61,242 nt of DNA from a virus (lineage: Duplodnaviria; Caudoviricetes): positions 1-61,242 of IMG/VR virus record IMGVR_UViG_3300034116_001288; one strand, written 5' to 3'. Of this stretch, positions 43,967 to 53,495 are shown one piece after another; positions within the stretch are counted from its first letter, which is position 1, and each line of letters begins with the position of its first letter. The notes under the pieces are model-generated. The model was given only the letters and a program-made list of their open reading frames with translations, did not search any database and had not been told where the DNA came from. The translations under genes were made by a program, and so were the position numbers.

Positions 43967-45735
43967 CCGTTTCAGACCTTTCCGAGCAACTCGTCGGCAG
44001 GATTGAGGAGCTTGCGCCAATGCTTCTCCCCGGCGGGAGGCGTCACGGCAACGAGTGGATCTGCGGCGACCTGTCAGGCGCACCAGGTGATTCGCTCAAA
44101 CTCACGATGACGGGAGGTCATGCAGGTCAGTGGAGAGATTGGGCCACCGACGACCACGGCGACCTCGTGGACCTCTGGCGTCTCTCTCGACAAATTTCCG
44201 CAGGGGAAGCCGTTTCTGCGGTGAGGACATACCTTGGCATCTTCGCGCCTGTCAGGCAGCACGAAAAGCGGGTTTACGGCCATGCTCCCGCGATTAAGTC
44301 TGAAGCCCCATCACCAAACGGTCGCGCCTACGCCTGGCTGACCCAAGCGCGGGGGTTGAAGCCGGAGATCATCGAGAGGCTGAAAATCGAGATCGACACA
44401 GAGCGAAAGGCCATTGTTTTCCCGTGCATATCTCCAGCCGGCGAGATCATTAACCGCTCATATCGGACGCTGGGCGAGAAAAAGAAGGTGTGGCAGGATA
44501 AGGACTGCGCACCAAGCCTTTTTGGATGGCAGGCCGTCCCTGAGTCGAGCTACCGTTCCAAAACGATTCTGCTCTGCGAGGGCCAAATTGATGCGGCCAC
44601 ATGGCATCAGTGGGGAATTCCTGCGCTTTCGGTTCCCAATGGCACGGGGGCGACATGGGTGGAGTTTGAATGGCACAACCTCCAAGCGTTCGATTCGATT
44701 TATCTGGCGTTTGACCAAGACGAGGCCGGGAGGAAGATCGCTGACATGGCGGTGACGCGCCTTGGAAAGCATCGTTGCTTTATCGTCGCGATGCCCAAAA
44801 AGGACGCAAACGATTGCCTGCTGGCTGGATTCACCGCCGAGGACGCACGCGACTGGGTAGCGAACGCAAAGCGCCCTCGCATCGAGCGATTGGTGACGAC
44901 GGCGGAAATGGAAGATCGCCTCGTCGAGGACGTGAAGCCAAAGCCCGAGCCGTTTTCGATGCCGTTCCTAAAAATGGATTGGCACAATGGGGATGGGTTT
45001 TACTTCCGCCCAGGTGAGCTGACCATCTGGGGCGGCTTCTCGCACGCTGGCAAGTCTACCATGCTCAACTTCATGGTTGCCCAGCTCTTGGGCGCACGGA
45101 TTCCGGTCTTCATCGGCTCTTTTGAGATCCGCGTTGAAACTCAGCTTCGGAAGATGCTGTCGGTGTTCTACGGAAAAAGGAACATCAACGAGACTGCTGC
45201 GCGTGAGTTTGCGCGGAACGTAGGTGAAAGCATTGTCTTTTCCGATGTTGTCGGCTCCATCACCAAAGATTCGCTGATGGAGATGATGTGGTTCTCGCAC
45301 CGACGCTATGGAACAAGCCATTTCGTCATCGACTCGTTGATGCGCGTGCAGGGCTTGGAAGAGGATTACCCAGCCCAAGGAGAGTTTTGTAATCGGCTCC
45401 AAGACTTTGCCAAAGAAACGGGAAGTCATCTACATCTGGTTGCACATCTGGCAAAGCCAGCGCAAGATGGAGCAAGGCCGAGCATGTATGCCATCAAAGG
45501 CTCGAGCTTGATGGTCAACAATGCAGACAACGTTCTGCTTGTCCTCCGCAACCCTGAGAAAGAAAAGAAGCGCAAGGCCGGAAAACTGACGAGCGAGGAA
45601 GAGCGGTCTATGCACGACTCCGAGATCATTGTCGAGAAGCAGCGCGAAACCGGATGGCTTGGCATGTTCAAACTCAATTTCGATTCCGCTAGATTCCGAT
45701 TTACAGAATTTGATTCAAGCAAAGTAATACAATGA
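43957..45735 (+). CDS. TOPRIM primase-SF4 helicase fusion (T7 gp4/Twinkle-like)
   Basis: CEGQIDA, SVPNG, FDQDEAG, KDAND, GFSHAGKS, VIDSL, HLVAH, IKGS, EKQR. Confidence 0.92.
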   Translation: MLLTVSDLSEQLVGRIEELAPMLLPGGRRHGNEWICGDLSGAPGDSLKLTMTGGHAGQWRDWATDDHGDLVDLWRLSRQISAGEAVSAVRTYLGIFAPVRQHEKRVYGHAPAIKSEAPSPNGRAYAWLTQARGLKPEIIERLKIEIDTERKAIVFPCISPAGEIINRSYRTLGEKKKVWQDKDCAPSLFGWQAVPESSYRSKTILLCEGQIDAATWHQWGIPALSVPNGTGATWVEFEWHNLQAFDSIYLAFDQDEAGRKIADMAVTRLGKHRCFIVAMPKKDANDCLLAGFTAEDARDWVANAKRPRIERLVTTAEMEDRLVEDVKPKPEPFSMPFLKMDWHNGDGFYFRPGELTIWGGFSHAGKSTMLNFMVAQLLGARIPVFIGSFEIRVETQLRKMLSVFYGKRNINETAAREFARNVGESIVFSDVVGSITKDSLMEMMWFSHRRYGTSHFVIDSLMRVQGLEEDYPAQGEFCNRLQDFAKETGSHLHLVAHLAKPAQDGARPSMYAIKGSSLMVNNADNVLLVLRNPEKEKKRKAGKLTSEEERSMHDSEIIVEKQRETGWLGMFKLNFDSARFRFTEFDSSKVIQ

Positions 45736-46025
45736 GAACAGCAAACATCAATGTCACCAAAATCGACAAGACCGCCCTTTACGAAGGGAAGAACGGCAAA
45801 TACTTGAGCCTGGTCTTCTTCGACAACAAGGAAGGGCCGGACCAGTTCGGCAACGATGGCTTCGTCACGCAGGACCTGGGCAAGGAGCGCCGCATGGCAG
45901 GCGAGAAGGGGCCGATCATTGGCAACTGGAAGGAGGTTGGAACAAAGGGGCCGACTCCCGCGCAAGCTAGACAGGAAAGCTCAGTGATCGTTTCGATGGA
46001 GGATCATTCCGATATTCCGTTTTGA
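45732..46025 (+). CDS. Small SSB-like protein
   Basis: INVTKIDK...GK.GKYL and an acidic DIPF C-terminus. Confidence 0.6.
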   Translation: MRTANINVTKIDKTALYEGKNGKYLSLVFFDNKEGPDQFGNDGFVTQDLGKERRMAGEKGPIIGNWKEVGTKGPTPAQARQESSVIVSMEDHSDIPF

Positions 46026-46066
46026 TCTAGGCCAAGAAAGCCGCCCTTAAGCAAACGCATAAGCTT

Positions 46067-46804
46067 ATGGACGCCGACCTATTACCGCCCGAATCCACGA
46101 AAGACGCTCCTCGGCGTTCCATGCAGCGTCTTGTTCTGCCTTGTGGTGTCACGCTCTACAACGGTGATTGTCGGGAAATCCTGCCGCAAATCATGGGTGA
46201 CATCGTGGTGACTGATCCGCCCTACGGTCTCGAATATCCGTATCGAAGCTACGACGACACCCGCGAGAATCTCGCAACCCTGCTGGATGAAGTGATGCCG
46301 CTCATCTTCGCCGCCGCTGGTCGTGCCGTGGTGATGCCCGGGCCGACTCAAATAGGGTTGTATCCGCAACCTGAGTGGGTTGGATGCGTGACATGGAACA
46401 CCACGGGAACCTTCGGCAAGCGGGGATACAACCAATGGACGCCGCTTCTTTGCTACGGGCCGGATGTGGCTGGCTTCGGAAACGTCAACGGTATCACGAA
46501 AAGCGATGTGCTGGCAATCTCTGGCGGCGGTGGAGTCGGATTCATGCGGGATGGGGAAAAGGACATCCACACCTGCCCGAAACCTCTCAGCATGATGAAG
46601 AAGGTCATCCAGCGGCACACGATGGAGAATGAAATCGTGATCGACCCGTTCATGGGAAGCGGCACGACGGCAATCGCCTGCGTGCAAATGGGACGCCGCT
46701 TCATCGGCATCGAGCAAGACCCCGAATACTTTAAAAGCGCGGTGGAACGAATCCGCGCCGCCACCGCCCAGAGCGATATGTTTCTTGGGCAGAACACGCG
46801 TTAG
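46067..46804 (+). CDS. DNA amino-methyltransferase (N6-A/N4-C, beta class)
   Basis: GDC, TDPPYG, H.CPKP, DPFMGSGTT, FIGIE. Confidence 0.92.
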   Translation: MDADLLPPESTKDAPRRSMQRLVLPCGVTLYNGDCREILPQIMGDIVVTDPPYGLEYPYRSYDDTRENLATLLDEVMPLIFAAAGRAVVMPGPTQIGLYPQPEWVGCVTWNTTGTFGKRGYNQWTPLLCYGPDVAGFGNVNGITKSDVLAISGGGGVGFMRDGEKDIHTCPKPLSMMKKVIQRHTMENEIVIDPFMGSGTTAIACVQMGRRFIGIEQDPEYFKSAVERIRAATAQSDMFLGQNTR

Positions 46805-46834
46805 CCACAAAAACTTGTAGGCGAATCCTTAAGC

Positions 46835-47191
46835 ATGACCGAGAAGACCTACCACACCGACCTGGATGATGCGATCCTCGACGGGTGGGAGTCGCCGGTA
46901 GTGCTGCCGATTAACGGAGGCGAGGTGCATTCTCACGGCAGGAGATGCTATGTCCGCAACGCTCGCCGCATTGCCTTCCTTCGTTATGCTCTGGGCCGGG
47001 AGATGATCGCGGCCAAACACCTGACCGACGTTCTGGGCTTTGCCGCAGGGTGTGAGGTCCACCAGTTCCTGCGGAGTCTTCAGTTCCAGCTGGCAATCGA
47101 GAAATCACCGATCCGCGTGCAGCTCGTCCTTAAAGGCCGGAAAGGTTATTGGGTGGCATTTGACAAGACGAAACACAATGGAACAAAATGA
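46835..47191 (+). CDS. Hypothetical protein (possible winged HTH)
   Basis: ORF coupled to the HNH gene. Confidence 0.5.
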   Translation: MTEKTYHTDLDDAILDGWESPVVLPINGGEVHSHGRRCYVRNARRIAFLRYALGREMIAAKHLTDVLGFAAGCEVHQFLRSLQFQLAIEKSPIRVQLVLKGRKGYWVAFDKTKHNGTK

Positions 47192-47583
47192 ACGCAAAGG
47201 AAACCAAGAGGATTTCGCTTTTGATCGAAGAAGGCAAAAGGAAGCAGGAGAAATTTCGTCAATTGAGGGAATCGCCATCGACAAGGGAATCTCACAAGCC
47301 CAAGAAAGCCAAGAAATCAAAAAAGGCCAAACTGGAAGACCTAGAAGCAAAATGGAGAAATCAAATTCCATACGCGCAATATCTGCAAACGGATTATTGG
47401 AAGCGCGTCAGGTCCAAGGCAGTGGAAACCGCAGGCAGCCGATGCAACGATTGCAAAAGGGGCAATTGCCGTCTCGACGTGCATCACAAGACATACGCTC
47501 ATCGAGGGGCCGAGCTGCAATTCATGGGCGATCTTGTCGTGCTTTGTCGGGAGTGTCACCTAAAGAGGCACGGGCTGATCTAG
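47188..47583 (+). CDS. HNH endonuclease
   Basis: Y..YLQT..WK..R, CNDC, LDVHH..Y, L.VLCRECH...H. Confidence 0.85.
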   Translation: MNAKETKRISLLIEEGKRKQEKFRQLRESPSTRESHKPKKAKKSKKAKLEDLEAKWRNQIPYAQYLQTDYWKRVRSKAVETAGSRCNDCKRGNCRLDVHHKTYAHRGAELQFMGDLVVLCRECHLKRHGLI

Positions 47584-47690
47584 GCAGAGGGTTGAGCGGA
47601 TGTTGCGGCTGCACTGGATGCGCCATGCTCCTGACCATCTGCGCGATCATTCTCATGCTGCTGATGATGGCAGCTTAACCAACCCAACCT

Positions 47691-47969
47691 ATGAACCAAC
47701 AAAAGAAAAGAGGACGGCCAGCAAAGGCCAAGGCTGAAGTGCAACCCGTCGAGGATGTCGAGCAGGTTGATACCATGCAGGGCGCCGAGGCCATTGATGC
47801 CATCGAGGATGTCGAGCAACCAACGCAAGATGAGACTCAAGGCAACCCAGGCCAAGAGCTGGTTCGCCGTGTCGAGATGGAGATTGGACGCACGCACAAC
47901 GCATGGGGAATGGTTGATCCTGTCGAGCTGATCGATGCGTTCAAGCGTGTCGTCTCAAGTTCTTATTGA
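47691..47969 (+). CDS. Hypothetical protein (KRGRP N-terminus, acidic repeats)
   Basis: C/A-rich leader, EDVEQ repeated twice. Confidence 0.6.
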   Translation: MNQQKKRGRPAKAKAEVQPVEDVEQVDTMQGAEAIDAIEDVEQPTQDETQGNPGQELVRRVEMEIGRTHNAWGMVDPVELIDAFKRVVSSSY

Positions 47970-48060
47970 GATTGCTTAATGAGACAGGGAGATGCAAGCG
48001 ACTTGCGCCAAGGGCGTGGGCGTTCCATGTGGCGGAAGAGTGGCGTTGAAAACCAACAAG

Positions 48061-48110
48061 TTACGGGTCCCTCTGAGGCGATATCTCTGATCAGGGTCGT
48101 CGCGAGCCAT
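48061..48110 (+). other. Candidate cos region (cosQ-like)
   Basis: TTACGGGTCCC resembles the lambda cosQ context TTACGGGTCCT. It lies in the long intergenic gap between the HNH region and the capsid gene. Confidence 0.35.
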
Positions 48111-48314
48111 TCCGCTAGTCGCAACAAGCCCCCAAGAGGACACCAGATTACACGCTTGTTGAGACTGCGAGCGCGGCCAAAAACCTCCGACTCGCTCTCA
48201 AATCGCACTTTTCCGAGCAATGGGCAAAACCGCGCAATCCTAGTGCAATCAAGGCTTTCTAGGCACATCGCCGGCGCATTCGTTGCTTGGTAATTAGCAT
48301 ATGTAAAAATCCCC

Positions 48315-48349
48315 TTGCATTTCTTTTTCGTTTTGTGGTGTCTGGCGCA
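48315..48349 (+). promoter_or_regulatory. Motif promoter of the capsid-tail operon
   Basis: TTGCAT-N9-GTTTTGTGGTGT with ATG 35 nt after the TTG. Confidence 0.65.
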
Positions 48350-50341
48350 ATGTCGCGCGGCACAAAAAAACAATTCTCACCGCAGGTCCGTTCTTTCGAC
48401 CTATCGCGTTCCTCGATCAACGAGGACGAGCGAACGGTGGACGTTGTTTTCTCGACCGAAACCGATCAAGTCGAACGGAGCTGGGGCGTCGAGATTCTCG
48501 ATCACGGTTCAAAGTCCGTTCGCCTCAAGCGGCTGAACAATTCCGCGCCGCTTCTGCTTGATCACGATCCCCGCGAACAAGTGGGCGTGATCGAATCCGC
48601 TCGCATCGACGGCAAAGCTGGAGCCGCAACCGTTCGCTTTTCGCGTTCGGCCAAGGGCGAGGAGATCTTCCAAGATGTTAGGGACGGGATCCGCTCCAAG
48701 ATTTCCGTAGGCTATCGCGTCCACGCGCTCGTCATGGAAAAGCGTGACAAGCAGAGCGGCAAAGAAACCTATCGCGTCATGGATTGGGAGCCTTTCGAGA
48801 TCTCCCTTGTTTCCATTCCTGCCGACGACGGCGCCGGCGTGCGCGATGGCGCATCCATCTTCGGCCAACGAGCCGCTGAACTTTCAACCTCCATTACCAT
48901 GGAAAACCAAGACCACGACCAAGAACGCGCCGACAACGCAACGGCTCCCGCTGCGATCGCTCCGGCGGAAACCAAAAACGAAGTCCGCGCCGCCGCTGAG
49001 GTGGAACGGGAACTCAACAAGCTTCAAATCGCTCAACTTGCGAAGGAAGAAGCCGCACGCGCAATCGCCGAAGATCGCAAGCGTGCCGCTGAAATTACCG
49101 AATGCGGTAATGGATTCCGCCGCAACCAGGCTGAGATCACCAAAGCCATCGAAAGCGGCCTGAGCATTGACGACTACAAGCGCCAACTCCTCGACTCTAT
49201 GAAAACCGAAAACCCCGCTTACTCCGCTGGCCGCGTCGAAATCGTCAGCGAACCCGTCAAGAAGGGCACTCGCCAATACCTTCAAAGCACCTGGGCGGAG
49301 AACGCCAAGCGTGCCTTGGGTGACCGTGGCCGCAACATCGTTGTTCCGACTTACTCGGAAGCTCGCGAGTTCTCGCGCAACTACATTGGCGGATCGCAAA
49401 CCCCCTTCCACCGCTCCTTGACCGGATCCGTGACGCTCGTTGACAAGCTCGCCATCGACGAGGGAATCGGTATGCCCATCGTCGAGGAAGTGGTCGCGAT
49501 GTATCCCGAAATCGCCGTGTTCCCGGTTGACACCATCTCCGGTGATACCGTGACGCTTTCGATTCAGACCGGCAATCCCTCCGTCGGATACCGGAATGCC
49601 AACGAAGGAACCTCGGCCAAAAAGGGAACGTTCGCATCGCGCATCTTCCAAACCTCGATCATCGAGCAGTTCATTAACGTGGACATCCAAGGCGTTCTCA
49701 ACGCCAGCAAGGATCCGGCCCGTGTCCTGACTGCCGAAGCCCGCAGCGTGACCAAGGCCGTTCTTAGCCACATCGCATTCCAACAATGGTATGCTGGCAC
49801 GGTTCAGGCAAATGTTGATTCCAAGGCGGCTCCCGGCTTCCTCGCTCAGTCCAACAGCGCCGCGACTCACGTTGTTGATGCTACCGGTTCGACCGCTAAG
49901 AGTTCCGTCTGGGTCATGGAGCTTCTCCAAGGCGAATGCGACCACGTCTACGGCAACGACAACACCCTCCTGTTTGGTGAAGACTGGACCGAAGAGACGG
50001 TTGACGATGCCAACGGCAACAGCCTCCGCTGCCTTCAGAACTGGATCTCGGGCCGCGTCGCTCCTCGCCTCGCGAACAAGAACCGCGCGATCCGCATCAA
50101 GAACCTCGGAACCGATTCCGGCAAGGGTCTGACCGACGCTCTCCTCGCAAAGGCATTCCGGCAAGCTCGCGAACTCGGCATGAACCCGAATGCGATCTTC
50201 GCGACTCCTCGCTCCGTCGAGCAGCTCCAAGTTAGCCGCACCACCTACTCGCCCATCGGCGCTCCCGCTCCGATGCCGGAAGAGTATCAGGGTGTGCCGA
50301 TCTACCAAACCATCAACCTGTCCAATGCGGAGACGGTCTGA
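48350..50341 (+). CDS. HK97-type prohead protease-scaffold-major capsid fusion
   Basis: FSTE, EILDH, PLLLDHD, ISVGY, WEPFEISLVSIPAD, then a coiled coil and capsid domain (YRNANEG, YQGVPI). Confidence 0.9.
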   Translation: MSRGTKKQFSPQVRSFDLSRSSINEDERTVDVVFSTETDQVERSWGVEILDHGSKSVRLKRLNNSAPLLLDHDPREQVGVIESARIDGKAGAATVRFSRSAKGEEIFQDVRDGIRSKISVGYRVHALVMEKRDKQSGKETYRVMDWEPFEISLVSIPADDGAGVRDGASIFGQRAAELSTSITMENQDHDQERADNATAPAAIAPAETKNEVRAAAEVERELNKLQIAQLAKEEAARAIAEDRKRAAEITECGNGFRRNQAEITKAIESGLSIDDYKRQLLDSMKTENPAYSAGRVEIVSEPVKKGTRQYLQSTWAENAKRALGDRGRNIVVPTYSEAREFSRNYIGGSQTPFHRSLTGSVTLVDKLAIDEGIGMPIVEEVVAMYPEIAVFPVDTISGDTVTLSIQTGNPSVGYRNANEGTSAKKGTFASRIFQTSIIEQFINVDIQGVLNASKDPARVLTAEARSVTKAVLSHIAFQQWYAGTVQANVDSKAAPGFLAQSNSAATHVVDATGSTAKSSVWVMELLQGECDHVYGNDNTLLFGEDWTEETVDDANGNSLRCLQNWISGRVAPRLANKNRAIRIKNLGTDSGKGLTDALLAKAFRQARELGMNPNAIFATPRSVEQLQVSRTTYSPIGAPAPMPEEYQGVPIYQTINLSNAETV

Positions 50342-50377
50342 TTTAACCCATCCTGACAACCCCAACTACACAAGACC

Positions 50378-50782
50378 ATGTCACAAAAAGTTAATCGCCG
50401 GAACAAAGCAGACGCTCTCCTGAGCGTTACCAAGGCGCTCCCCGCTGCCGCTGCCAACAACGACTCCGATGAAATCTACATCGGGCCTGCTGGACCGCAT
50501 CGCGAAGGCATGAAGCTCCGCGCTTCGTGGCCTGCGAACAGCGTCCTCGTCGCCACCAAGCTCCTCACGCTTACTCTTAAGAGCGGAGCTACCGGAGCGC
50601 TCGCCGCCGAAACCGATCCCACTGCTACCTACGTCATCACCGGGAATACCGGCTTCGACGCTGGTTATGTGGATTTCGAGCTTGGCCAGAACGTTGGCGA
50701 ATACGTCGCCGTCAATCAGGCCGTCGAAACTGGCGGCGGTTCCAACATCGCCACCTCGTTCACCTACACGGTGGTCTGCTAA
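50378..50782 (+). CDS. Capsid cement / decoration-like protein
   Basis: Beta-rich, Ala/Thr-rich, directly after the capsid gene. Confidence 0.55.
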   Translation: MSQKVNRRNKADALLSVTKALPAAAANNDSDEIYIGPAGPHREGMKLRASWPANSVLVATKLLTLTLKSGATGALAAETDPTATYVITGNTGFDAGYVDFELGQNVGEYVAVNQAVETGGGSNIATSFTYTVVC

Positions 50783-50794
50783 AAAATCCCATTC

Positions 50795-51040
50795 ATGCCC
50801 GCAGTAAATTCAGAAGCGAAAGCCGACGACGCACCGGGGGAGGTTCCGCCTCTTCCCTCCCCTGGTGCGACTGCGGACAGGGTTAACCGCATCCAGCGCA
50901 TCGTTGACATTGTCGAAATGCTCAACGGCACACCGGACCAAGAGACGGTCATCGAGGACGAGCGGAAAAACCTCACGGCATTTATTGCCGAAGGTCTTGA
51001 CGCCAGCCTCACCGCCAAAGTCAAAGCCATCCTAAAATGA
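50795..51040 (+). CDS. Hypothetical head-region protein
   Basis: Operon position. Confidence 0.65.
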   Translation: MPAVNSEAKADDAPGEVPPLPSPGATADRVNRIQRIVDIVEMLNGTPDQETVIEDERKNLTAFIAEGLDASLTAKVKAILK

Positions 51041-51336
51041 GCTATGCAACCCTCGATCATCAAGCAGCCCTTGCCGATCTGATCGCGTTTGAAGGCAAGA
51101 TGATCGAAATCGACGGCGTGAAGATGAGGGCAATTATCGAACAAGGCGACACCTCCTTTGAGGCTAGCGAATTCGGAATCGACAACCGCGAAAGCACCCT
51201 CACCGCTACGATCCTAAACAGAGGCACGACGCCGCGCAAACAAGCGCCCGTTTTTTACCAAGGGCAGAAATATCGCATCACGGCAATCAAGCCCGAAGGC
51301 GAAAGAATCCTTTCCATTGATCTGACCAATGATTGA
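51037..51336 (+). CDS. Head closure / head-tail joining protein
   Basis: ~99 aa, G..I.IDG, V.YQGQKYRI, synteny. Confidence 0.65.
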   Translation: MSYATLDHQAALADLIAFEGKMIEIDGVKMRAIIEQGDTSFEASEFGIDNRESTLTATILNRGTTPRKQAPVFYQGQKYRITAIKPEGERILSIDLTND

Positions 51337-51742
51337 TACCACCCCAGACCTGGCAGAGCGAGTCGAGGATAGCATCGCACGGGTTTTCCGTGATGCCTTC
51401 CCTGGTATTGTCATCGCAACCTCTAGCAAGCCCGAGGAACGCGTTGGAACGTCCATCGGTATCAAAGCCGAGACCGGAGCCGAGGAGCCAATCGGAACGA
51501 ACATCTTCCCCATCTCCATCGACATCGAGACCCGCAATCTTGATGCACAACAGCGCGAACTCATGCGCGAAATGATCGGCAATGCCGACTCTGCCAAGCA
51601 AACGGTTTCCGCTTACTCAGCCAAATCCTTTACCATGCCGCGAGGGCAAGCCGTCGAAATGATCGGAGCGCCTCGCACGGTCGAGAACGAAAACGACCGC
51701 ATCGTGACCTATTCTCTTGTCGCAACCATTCAACCCATCTGA
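51329..51742 (+). CDS. Tail terminator-like protein
   Basis: Position before the tail tube gene. Confidence 0.55.
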   Translation: MIDTTPDLAERVEDSIARVFRDAFPGIVIATSSKPEERVGTSIGIKAETGAEEPIGTNIFPISIDIETRNLDAQQRELMREMIGNADSAKQTVSAYSAKSFTMPRGQAVEMIGAPRTVENENDRIVTYSLVATIQPI

Positions 51743-51745
51743 GCC

Positions 51746-52126
51746 ATGCCAACTCCCACTTTTGTATCTGCAACCAATATGATCAAAGGCGTCGTCGCTG
51801 CGGAAACGGCGATCAACATTTCCGACTTTCGCCAAGGCTGGACCAACGAAAAGATCTTCATCGAAGACAAAGGCGGATCGCCCACTGGTTTCGTTTACAA
51901 CTTCCTGACCGCGACCACCTGCACGATTACCGGCGAGGTTAACACCTCCGCTCTAAGCGGCATTCTTGGTGTCGCTTTCGGAACTGCCGAAACCATCGCA
52001 AATTCCGTGTCTGGCTACGGTATCACCACGGGAGGTTTCTATATGGACGACATCGAAATCAGTCAATCGCGAGGCGCTCTGGCCACGGCTACGGTGAATT
52101 TCACCAAGCACCCTGACATCACCTGA
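51746..52126 (+). CDS. Putative tail tube protein
   Basis: Thr/Gly-rich beta protein, synteny. Confidence 0.55.
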   Translation: MPTPTFVSATNMIKGVVAAETAINISDFRQGWTNEKIFIEDKGGSPTGFVYNFLTATTCTITGEVNTSALSGILGVAFGTAETIANSVSGYGITTGGFYMDDIEISQSRGALATATVNFTKHPDIT

Positions 52127-52128
52127 GA

Positions 52129-52809
52129 ATGAGTGAACTAAAAGGGGCGGGAGTTAACATCATCCCAACGCAATGTCCGCGCTTCTTCGCGGCTTGTGTG
52201 ACTGCTGGCGTCGAGCTTGAACCGGGAACTCCAGGCGTGTCTAACGTCTATTCAAAGGGCGTTACCTACGATCCAGACGAGCCGGGAACGATTAGCTATC
52301 ACCTCGACAACAAGACTGTCGGCCCTTTGTCGCTCGCCAAAGTCTGGCGCGATCCCTCGCAAGACATGACTGAGGCCGCAGCCCTGCCGGCGCGAATGAT
52401 CAGCGCGAGGACAGAGGACCATTGGCAGCAGATCGCCGACGATCTGGAATTGCTGCACGTTTATTGTGCCATCGCGCACATCAAGTCCTTCGCCGATGGG
52501 AAATTCGCCATTGGAATGCGTGCCGTTACCGACGAGGAGGAGCGTGCCGCGCAAATGCTCTCCGACATGCCTGATGTCATCCGCAATGCCGCAGGAAGGC
52601 GAAACGGCGGAAAGATCGCTGAACGATTTGACGCCATCTGGATGCCTGCCATGTTCGCATGGGTAAAAGCATGGGTCGCCAATTACCTAGAGCTTAAAGA
52701 CATCTGGAAAGCCGCAAATCCCGCCATCAAGATCGAGCGGGAGGGCTTCCCGCTTGTCATTCCGAAAGGTCCGCAATTTGAGAAACTAGCCCGCAGATGG
52801 GTCAAATAA
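52129..52809 (+). CDS. Hypothetical tail-operon protein
   Basis: Positional counterpart of 13675-14187. Confidence 0.7.
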   Translation: MSELKGAGVNIIPTQCPRFFAACVTAGVELEPGTPGVSNVYSKGVTYDPDEPGTISYHLDNKTVGPLSLAKVWRDPSQDMTEAAALPARMISARTEDHWQQIADDLELLHVYCAIAHIKSFADGKFAIGMRAVTDEEERAAQMLSDMPDVIRNAAGRRNGGKIAERFDAIWMPAMFAWVKAWVANYLELKDIWKAANPAIKIEREGFPLVIPKGPQFEKLARRWVK

Positions 52810-52822
52810 CCAAAAAAGAAGC

Positions 52823-53278
52823 ATGAGCCAAATCACCATCGAAGACATCGAAAAAGAAAACACTGTCACGCCTGACATCGTCGCCGCACGTAGCCGATCC
52901 TACCAGTTCAAAGGGAAACCTCTTAAACCCTTTTCCAAGTCCCGCTCGACCGCAGCGCGGTGCATGGGCAACTCCCTCTTCCTCGGTCGCGCAAGGCCGG
53001 ATGAAAACGGAGTCTGGGATCAAATCACGCTCGACTCGATCATGGTGGTCTGGCTCTGCTCCGTCGAGGATTCCCGCGTTGCTCGCGCCTGTCTCAATCG
53101 CGACCAAGCGATCATTGAGATGATGGCATGGTGGGACAAGGAGGGCGGCGAAATCGGAGGCGCGGAGGAGATCGAAGCCGTTCAGCTTCTGAACATGATC
53201 TGCGAGGACATCCAGACCGTCTCCGCATCCGTCGAATCTCCCTCCGGTGGTCGCGACACCTCCAACGTGGGGGAGTAA
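52823..53278 (+). CDS. Tail assembly chaperone (gpG-like)
   Basis: Ends G GGG GAG TAA. LKPFS resembles IRPFT of the phage A chaperone. Confidence 0.7.
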   Translation: MSQITIEDIEKENTVTPDIVAARSRSYQFKGKPLKPFSKSRSTAARCMGNSLFLGRARPDENGVWDQITLDSIMVVWLCSVEDSRVARACLNRDQAIIEMMAWWDKEGGEIGGAEEIEAVQLLNMICEDIQTVSASVESPSGGRDTSNVGE

Positions 53279-53493
53279 TCGGGAGCGATGCTGACTACGT
53301 TTCCACCGTAGCGGCAAAGCTCCCTGGGCAGAGTTGGGCTTATTACATGGACGAGCTTCCCTTGTGCATCGGTATGCAGTTGCGCAATGCGGACCTTTTC
53401 GAGCGAGGCTGCGACATTGTGCCACCAGGCAGGAGCGCATCGGCGAAAATGCAGGAGATCCTTGGCGAACATGCGGATGCGTGGTTTAGTTGA
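53269..53493 (+). CDS. -1 frameshift extension (gpGT-like)
   Basis: GGGGGAG at 53269-53275. The -1 frame is open (VIGSDADYV...YYMDELP) and shares ELP with the phage A extension. Confidence 0.6.
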   Translation, partial: GGVIGSDADYVSTVAAKLPGQSWAYYMDELPLCIGMQLRNADLFERGCDIVPPGRSASAKMQEILGEHADAWFS

Positions 53494-53495
53494 GT

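Noticed and set aside
40571-47583. Restriction-modification system (two MTases plus nucleases)
   Set aside because: The neighbouring nucleases are small resolvase-like and HNH types usual in phage replication and packaging. The MTases look like orphans.
48884-50365. 493-aa antisense ORF over the capsid gene (also 35343-36353, 9505-10452, 5978-6772, 46082-46810)
   Set aside because: Codon-aligned antisense shadows expected from GC-rich codon bias. No motifs or start signals.
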